From assembly GCA_044345055.1 (NCBI GenBank), contig JBIJBT010000045.1:1-22586 (forward strand): DNA of 22,586 nt, in the 5' to 3' direction. Source of the stretch: Bdellovibrionota bacterium. Lineage in GTDB: Bacteria; Bdellovibrionota_C; UBA2361; OMIW01. The translations under genes and the position numbers were made by a program. The notes below the pieces were generated by a model. It worked only from the letters and a program-made list of their open reading frames with translations. It did not search any database and had not been told where the DNA came from. Below are positions 16,606 through 22,586 of the stretch, one piece after another. Numbering within the stretch: position 1 is the stretch's first letter; every line of letters begins with the position of its first letter.

Positions 16606-17994
16606 CTAAAGGTGGGAAGATTCGCTAATTAGTCGTGTAAAGTTTCGAAGTAATCTAGAGCACAAAGGATCTTCGCCTCCCATCAGAACCACACGACCGC
16701 TCCATCCCGAAGATATGATTGATTTAGCGAGTGATTTCGCTTCTCTATCAGGTTGGATTAAGAAAGCACCAGGCTCACCCCGATCTGGGCCCCAATTGTG
16801 AACAAAAAAGGCATCGTTGTTTCCATTTCCCGCAAAATGGATTGTTGGATTTTGTGCTACGGGAATACACAGGAGTCTTTCAAGGTGCCCTTGAATTACG
16901 CGTGCTGTTGATTTCTGGTAGACGGAAAAATCGAGAAAATACTGGAGGACGGGACCGTCCGTTCCAAAATTATCCTCAATTCCGCGGAAAGAGGCCAAGT
17001 TGCTGGCATAGCCCTGTTCGTCTAGGAAGCTTTTGATTTTTGCAGATATTGAATTCATTACCTGCTCAGGCGCACCGGTATTTGGCACAGTCACATAAAA
17101 ATTGACTGAACCGGTTCCGGGTGCTTCTTCGAGACGGGTGTGGGGCTGAACTTTGATAGAGGCTATCGTTTCAACTGATTCGTTAGAACCTAGCCTGCCT
17201 AGTTGGTGGGAGCGGTCGTTGAAGTGCTGGACATTTTCGATATCTTTTGTCCAATTAGCACCGAACGCTTTAGTAATTTCGCTCTCAACGATCCCACTAA
17301 TAGCTGCGACTAGGTTCGTCCACTGGTCTAATGTTACCGCTGCCCTTAGCTCCTCCATCATCTTGGCATATGGCTCAAACTGCCTGTATCTCTCACTTTC
17401 CAGCACCCACGCCTCAGACCCGCCGCGGGTACATACCACCGGTGTAGCGAGCATTTCTCCATGTAAAAAGCGATCCTTCATGTTGGTCACCCCCTCTCCA
17501 TCCCCCATGGCGCTGCCAGTAACTGGGATGACTACGTAGCCCTCCTTTGCAGCCTCCGCAACAAAGAGGGCATGCCGGAGAGATGTCTCAGGGGTAAACG
17601 TTTTGTGATTTGATACGGTGCCATCAACATCAGTGTAAATAATTCCTTTTATCTCCGGGTGGCCGAATGTTTTCGGATTCGCGAGCTCGGGGGTAATACC
17701 CGCATTTCTCAGGACTTCCTGAGACCACTGAGAGCCATTTCCCTGTGCTTCCGGGTGGCTGAAAGGATCGAGTTCGACAGGAAAAGTGCGATAAAACGAA
17801 TCAGTATCGCCTCGGTCAAGCTCATCAACGATATTCCTGAGCTGTTCAAGAATTCGCAAGGCGTTAGTTGTCGGATTGCTCGGTATTACAACTTTTTCTA
17901 GATCTCGGTTGTCGCTCGAGGCGCGGATATCGTTAAGAAACTGCTCACAAACTCGAAAAACGCCGTAGTTGAGACGAAACATGTGTTTTGCCAC
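16606..17994 (-). CDS. HAD-superfamily (IIB-like) phosphatase, distantly sucrose-phosphate-phosphatase-like
   Basis: Motif I IYTDVDGTV, motif II VTGS, motif III LDF...K, motif IV FAGNGNND. Alternative start ATG 17982. Confidence 0.75.
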   Translation of the reverse strand: MAKHMFRLNYGVFRVCEQFLNDIRASSDNRDLEKVVIPSNPTTNALRILEQLRNIVDELDRGDTDSFYRTFPVELDPFSHPEAQGNGSQWSQEVLRNAGITPELANPKTFGHPEIKGIIYTDVDGTVSNHKTFTPETSLRHALFVAEAAKEGYVVIPVTGSAMGDGEGVTNMKDRFLHGEMLATPVVCTRGGSEAWVLESERYRQFEPYAKMMEELRAAVTLDQWTNLVAAISGIVESEITKAFGANWTKDIENVQHFNDRSHQLGRLGSNESVETIASIKVQPHTRLEEAPGTGSVNFYVTVPNTGAPEQVMNSISAKIKSFLDEQGYASNLASFRGIEDNFGTDGPVLQYFLDFSVYQKSTARVIQGHLERLLCIPVAQNPTIHFAGNGNNDAFFVHNWGPDRGEPGAFLIQPDREAKSLAKSIISSGWSGRVVLMGGEDPLCSRLLRNFTRLISESSHL

Positions 17995-18562
17995 CTTTTT
18001 TTACCCGATGACATCGAGAAATCGTCATGGGGAACAATGCAGACTTAAGGTCAGTTTCTAATGATGATGAACCACGTTCTCGCGAGCTCGGTGTTAATGC
18101 AATAGTTGGGCATAAAAAAGAGATCAGCCTTATCTACGGGGGTAGGGGTGCTTCCTTCGATGCGGATGATTTTGGCCCTACTTTTCTCGATATCAGCGCA
18201 TCAATCTGGTCGAATAGCCTGATATTTTAAGATTGTCGAAACTACAAGAGCTCATGGATGGTAAGACAACTTATTAATTTCATCGGTCCGGCAAATAAGT
18301 TTGGTTTAGTTCGGCGAGGCACTTGACGATTTTGTGCATTTTTTCGTAGCCTATAATCAAATAACTTCTTCCTGTTGTAGCCCCATCGCGGTAAGAACAA
18401 TTTGCCCGTAAGAAAGTCGGGTGAACAGTTCACGCGATTCATCCCCTCTTATTCTGGGGTTCAAATTATACAAACTAAGCCCTGAATGCCGCTCTCAATT
18501 GCGAGAGTAGCCGCGCGCCCTTTTTGTCTCTTGGCGCCCAGTTCTTGAGGGAAGGAGAGAGG

Positions 18563-20932
18563 ATGTTAACTGCGGTTAAACAGCGCACAGAAGTTGTGAA
18601 CCCATCGGGAATGGAGTCTCCGATCTCATTATTTAGTGATTACAATAAAATTCAGTCAGAGGTTGATCCAAGTATTCACAGGTTAGCGTCAGAGCTCCTT
18701 TTGGGTGAAAGGATGGCTCAGTACGAGCTGCAGGGGGAGGCGGGCGGCAATGGCCAAGTGGTTCGTATCTGGGTAGATAGTTCAAAGGACTCGGAACCCC
18801 GAATCTGCGTCAATCTGTTGAGTGCCCAGCCAAATCGGCCTGGTGGTGCGACCGAATGGACCCATAACGGCTCATTCGTGTGTCCGATAGATGGAATTGC
18901 ACGTGGATTGGGAGTGGCCGAACAAACTAACGGGCCAACAACCGAAGAAATCCTTAAAGCTTTAGGAAGTTGTAAAACTCTTCTCCAAGACCTTACGAGT
19001 AGGTCAGTGGACGTTCAGTGCTCGGCGCACGGAATGTTTCGTCAGGCAGACTCTTTCGAGGTTGGTACGGACACGGGTGGACAGGTTAATTACGTTGACA
19101 GTTACGCAGTGGCGTCCGCAAAGCGAGGCCGAACTTCGGTAGTTGTAAATCAAGGATATCGCTCAGGTGGAGCGACGGGCATGGATGGGGAACAGAGTCA
19201 GGAAGGTATTGTCGTCTCAGCTGCACTCCGAAGAATAACTCATTATGTCTCAGCTGATCCAAATCAAACTACCTTAAAAGTCAAGGAGACATTTACCGAG
19301 GCCTATTGCGAGAATGTTGCATCGGCATCATTCAGACTACTAGATGCTCTTCAGGTTACCGACAAGGTCAAGCTTGTCGCGGGGCACTACATGGATGGCG
19401 GGGTGGCTGGCCTATATCTTGCGAATAAGCTAAGAAACATCGCCTATAATCCTCAAATAACCTTTACCTGGACGGACCACAGTAACGGAGCTTTGCGAGA
19501 GGATGAGCGCGGCCCATATCCGGGGCTCCTCGAGCGAAAAAGACTCGAGATGATTATTCTAGAAGCAATCACGAATAACGAATTCAACGGTCAGCACATT
19601 CGTGGGTTCTATTTGCCGGCGTCAGACCAGCTTGCACGAGGAGCCAAAGAGCATTACTCCACTAAAAGCGATCGAGAACTATTTTGTCGGCATCTTTTGA
19701 TTCTCGAGGACTTTGCGGACCTTTGTGACCGGTATGTGGGTCAGATGGATCAAAGGGCTCCAGTCACCAAGGCTTTTGGAGCCGTGCGAGACCAAATTTT
19801 GACTTCCGAACCCAACAATCCTCAGATCCAGCTTGAGAATTGGAATAATCTCAGAGCTTCCTTTTCTCGTGACCTTCGCGCTCTGTGCAAGGCTGCAAGT
19901 GATGGAGATCTTGACGGGATACGTGAGAAAATCAAGATAATCGCCGAAAAGGGCGCTTATGAATATGCTCCTTTCGAGCAGGAGCTCGCTCCATATCTGG
20001 GGACCGTTCTTCGAGAAGTCGTGACCCCAAATATTAAAGTTTGCATGTCGGTTCCTGCCGCTATCGACACCGAGCTATGGCGGCCTCGCAAAGACGATGA
20101 CAGTCTGCCACTTTCTCTAAATTCGAAGCTTCCCGCGGATTATATCGAGAAAGGAGAAACAGCCCTCGTCCTCACAGCAGGCCGAACCGTACCTGCTAAA
20201 GGGATACATCTCGCAATGAGTGCCCTGGAAGGGGCCGTTAATCTGGGAGCGAGTAATATAGTTTTTGCAACCAATGTTACTCAGCCTCATGGTGCCGACC
20301 CTGAGACAGTCCGCTATTGTCAAGGTTTGGGTAGTCTGGGAGAACGGCTCAACAAAGGCTTCGAAAACCCGCTCGTGTGTGCTCATCCCGGATTTAGCCA
20401 AAAAGAACTCCGGGGATTGGCCAGGTTCGCGAGTGTTGGCTTACAGCTCCAAAGGGAGGAGCCCCTCGGTATGGTCGCGCAGCAGCTTGCGCTTTCGGGT
20501 GTTCCACTTATCGCCACACCAGCTTCTGAAGCAGCCCGTGTGGCACTGGGAGAGCTGACTGAAGGTGGATTCGCTGAATTAGTAAGAGAAACAGAGCTCG
20601 AAGGATCAGATATATATCGGAACATTATCGACTTGGAGAGCAGAGGCCATATCAAGCTTCATCATGGAGGCATCTTGATAAACCTCCGCCCACCTCAAAA
20701 AGGCAACCGAGATGCGCTAGCAGTTTGGGAAAGTGAAGTAACTAATGCGGCATCGGCAGCAGTTGCATTCCTTACGCATCCCGCATTAAAGAGTGCGCTA
20801 CAGCAGATGGGTGCAGCAGCAAGAGAAAACACTATAAAAACCTATACGACGTGGGACCAGCAGTTTGATAGGATTTTTCAATGCCTAGGCATTGATGCAA
20901 CTGGGAACCAATTCGCTATTCCTGCAGATTAA
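18563..20932 (+). CDS. GT-B (GT4) glycosyltransferase, sucrose-phosphate synthase/sucrose synthase-like
   Basis: SAHG...EVGTDTGGQVNYV, GHYMDGG, TDHS, GRTVPAKG, EEPLGMVAQQLALSGVPLIAT, and YTTW near the C-terminus. ATG 18563 has an AAGGAG RBS. Confidence 0.85.
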   Translation: MLTAVKQRTEVVNPSGMESPISLFSDYNKIQSEVDPSIHRLASELLLGERMAQYELQGEAGGNGQVVRIWVDSSKDSEPRICVNLLSAQPNRPGGATEWTHNGSFVCPIDGIARGLGVAEQTNGPTTEEILKALGSCKTLLQDLTSRSVDVQCSAHGMFRQADSFEVGTDTGGQVNYVDSYAVASAKRGRTSVVVNQGYRSGGATGMDGEQSQEGIVVSAALRRITHYVSADPNQTTLKVKETFTEAYCENVASASFRLLDALQVTDKVKLVAGHYMDGGVAGLYLANKLRNIAYNPQITFTWTDHSNGALREDERGPYPGLLERKRLEMIILEAITNNEFNGQHIRGFYLPASDQLARGAKEHYSTKSDRELFCRHLLILEDFADLCDRYVGQMDQRAPVTKAFGAVRDQILTSEPNNPQIQLENWNNLRASFSRDLRALCKAASDGDLDGIREKIKIIAEKGAYEYAPFEQELAPYLGTVLREVVTPNIKVCMSVPAAIDTELWRPRKDDDSLPLSLNSKLPADYIEKGETALVLTAGRTVPAKGIHLAMSALEGAVNLGASNIVFATNVTQPHGADPETVRYCQGLGSLGERLNKGFENPLVCAHPGFSQKELRGLARFASVGLQLQREEPLGMVAQQLALSGVPLIATPASEAARVALGELTEGGFAELVRETELEGSDIYRNIIDLESRGHIKLHHGGILINLRPPQKGNRDALAVWESEVTNAASAAVAFLTHPALKSALQQMGAAARENTIKTYTTWDQQFDRIFQCLGIDATGNQFAIPAD

Positions 20933-21030
20933 ACGCTTCACCCATTCATTTATTCCGTTTGTTCACTACTCTTTCTAACGAATCCTCCTACTCTATTCTC
21001 CCCCTAATCTTTTATTTAATGAGAAGGCAA

Positions 21031-21057
21031 GCTTCCATGAGCACAGTTCATGGAAGC
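21031..21057. terminator. Stem-loop between convergent genes (possible bidirectional terminator)
   Basis: GCTTCCATGA(G)-cacag-(T)TCATGGAAGC: perfect 10-bp inverted repeat between the stops of the GT4 and the P-loop kinase. Confidence 0.5.
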
Positions 21058-21102
21058 CCATTTAATTCCTCAAAGGTCCACATTTGCTGGACCCACTCCC
21101 TA

Positions 21103-21912
21103 CTAACGCCGCTCAACCAAACGAGCAGTCCCATCATCTTCGTACGACAACCACAACGTAGCGATCTCGTCTCGGATTTTCTCTAGGGTTACCTGTTCGA
21201 AAGGAAGCACATACTCCTCAATAAATCGCCGATTTGCATCGTCCTGAATTTCTACCCGTGCTCGCTTCGCTCGATGTTCTGCTGTTTTCTTAAAGTCTGT
21301 CGCTAAAAACACCGATTCCGACAATCCAGGGATACGGCACGACCAGGTACCCTCGAATACAAGGACCTTCACGTTTGCAACATCAGTCGGTATCGATTCG
21401 GTGATCTCACACGTTTGCATATTGATTTTGCGGAGCTGCAAGACCTCTTTGCCGTCCAAGAAATCACGCGAAATTTCCCCAAGGCGTGAGAAGAGAATCT
21501 CGTCCTCTGAACCAAGATACGCAGCGAGAGCTTCTTTCCCCTGAGTATCGAACAGTTCTCGCCGATGCGCGTCGTTATACTTCGGGGCGCGAATGGGATA
21601 GTTGTCACACGGCACAAGAAGGGCAGGAACACCTGCTTGTTGATAGAGAGCGGTCATCAATGCGCCTATTTCAGACTTTCCACTCCCTGATGGTCCACCA
21701 ACCGAGATGACCAATTTTTGATTCAGATCGGGATATCTCTCACGCATCCAAGCAAAGAGTCTGTTTGCTCGTTTGCGGTGGCTATCATTGATTTTAAGGA
21801 CGTCACCATTATCGGTGCGAATCGTCTCTTCTCCCTGCTCGCTGGTACTGGCTGTCACGTTCAACCCGGAAAGCCCTGATATATTTGGTGTTACTACTTC
21901 TTCGCTAGCCAT
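21103..21912 (-). CDS. P-loop kinase of the uridine kinase/phosphoribulokinase/pantothenate kinase-like superfamily
   Basis: ISVGGPSGSGKS Walker A, DNY, LVFEGTW, R..R lid; GGAG RBS. Confidence 0.8.
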   Translation of the reverse strand: MASEEVVTPNISGLSGLNVTASTSEQGEETIRTDNGDVLKINDSHRKRANRLFAWMRERYPDLNQKLVISVGGPSGSGKSEIGALMTALYQQAGVPALLVPCDNYPIRAPKYNDAHRRELFDTQGKEALAAYLGSEDEILFSRLGEISRDFLDGKEVLQLRKINMQTCEITESIPTDVANVKVLVFEGTWSCRIPGLSESVFLATDFKKTAEHRAKRARVEIQDDANRRFIEEYVLPFEQVTLEKIRDEIATLWLSYEDDGTARLVERR

Positions 21913-22033
21913 AGCACTACTCCATTTATAAATAAACTCAACTGTTTTGTCCGCTCAACGTCACATCCAACGCCAGCACGACATTCGAAATTCACACTTT
22001 TCGAGCCACACTTATTGGGCCTTCCCCAAGGCC

Positions 22034-22585
22034 TTACCCAAAAGTGCGAGCCGTTGTTGCTATTCCATCCGTCAACGATATTGAGAAACGGAATGTCTTC
22101 AAATCGGCCTGTAGCTCAGCTTTATGATCGCCGTTTGCCCACGCCAGTAAGAGCTTGTCATCTCCAACATCCTTTACACAAAGCTCTCCTGAAAACGCCT
22201 GCGAACAGTTCCGATATCTAATCAGATCGAGCTGATCCTTAACGATAGACCTTTCAAGCCCCTCTTCGACCTCAGCCATCGTCAGGGTCGTGCGATTGAT
22301 CTCCTTATGCCCTGCAGCTCCCCCTTTGTCAGCAGCCTCATAATTATTTTTCCCTGCGAACAGGTCGAGGTACCAGATCTGGGGAATCCCTGGAATGAAG
22401 AGCTGTATGGCTCTCGCGAGAAGTAACTTCTGTTCATTCTCGCCGAGTGCACTGAAGAATGTGGCATTAACCTGATAGTAAGATATTTTCTTGCCATCAG
22501 GACCGTAAAGGTTCTTTACCCGACCACCTCGTTCGAGAATGCGGGAAACCACCTCTTCAATCTGCTCCTCAGAGAGGATGCTTTT
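22034..22585 (-). CDS. Sucrose phosphorylase family (GH13_18) glycoside phosphorylase, C-terminal part (5'-truncated by window edge)
   Basis: YYQVNATFFSALG, LLARAIQLFIPGIPQIWYLDLFAGKN, GHKEINR, LIRYRN...AF.G. The frame stays open upstream of 22552 to the window edge (KSILSEEQIEEV). Confidence 0.88.
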   Translation of the reverse strand, partial: KSILSEEQIEEVVSRILERGGRVKNLYGPDGKKISYYQVNATFFSALGENEQKLLLARAIQLFIPGIPQIWYLDLFAGKNNYEAADKGGAAGHKEINRTTLTMAEVEEGLERSIVKDQLDLIRYRNCSQAFSGELCVKDVGDDKLLLAWANGDHKAELQADLKTFRFSISLTDGIATTARTFG

Positions 22586-22586
22586 T

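Noticed and set aside
18027..18442. Two short ORFs (67 and 66 aa) between the HAD and GT4 genes
   Set aside because: They lie in a divergent promoter region and have no recognisable homology or convincing RBS.
1..22586. CRISPR arrays, IS/transposases, integrases, tRNA/rRNA, defence systems
   Set aside because: No regularly spaced repeats, terminal inverted repeats, recombinase/nuclease motifs or structural RNA signatures were seen.

Overview
This is a bacterial chromosomal window with four blocks. (1) 1-1699 (-): a membrane-anchored Hanks-type Ser/Thr kinase, followed by a Lys/Glu-rich ORF that runs off the left edge. (2) 2451-12715 (+): a tightly coupled Tad/Flp (type IVc) pilus operon, ordered cpaE/tadZ, flp, cpaB, cpaF/tadA, tadB, tadC, tadG-like, tadE-like. 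It has no secretin or prepilin peptidase and ends in an unusual response regulator (degenerate PilB/GspE-like N-terminus plus REC domain) and a sensor histidine kinase. (3) 12811-16441: a secreted Cys/Lys-rich Kazal-like protein, an SGNH/GDSL hydrolase, metG and a stand-alone nuoB. (4) 16606-22586: a sugar/sugar-phosphate cluster made of a divergent HAD-IIB phosphatase, a divergent sucrose-phosphate-synthase-like GT4, a P-loop kinase and the 3' end of a GH13_18 sucrose-phosphorylase-family gene. No rRNA, tRNA, CRISPR array or mobile element was recognised. All calls rest on motifs recognised by eye, without database searches.
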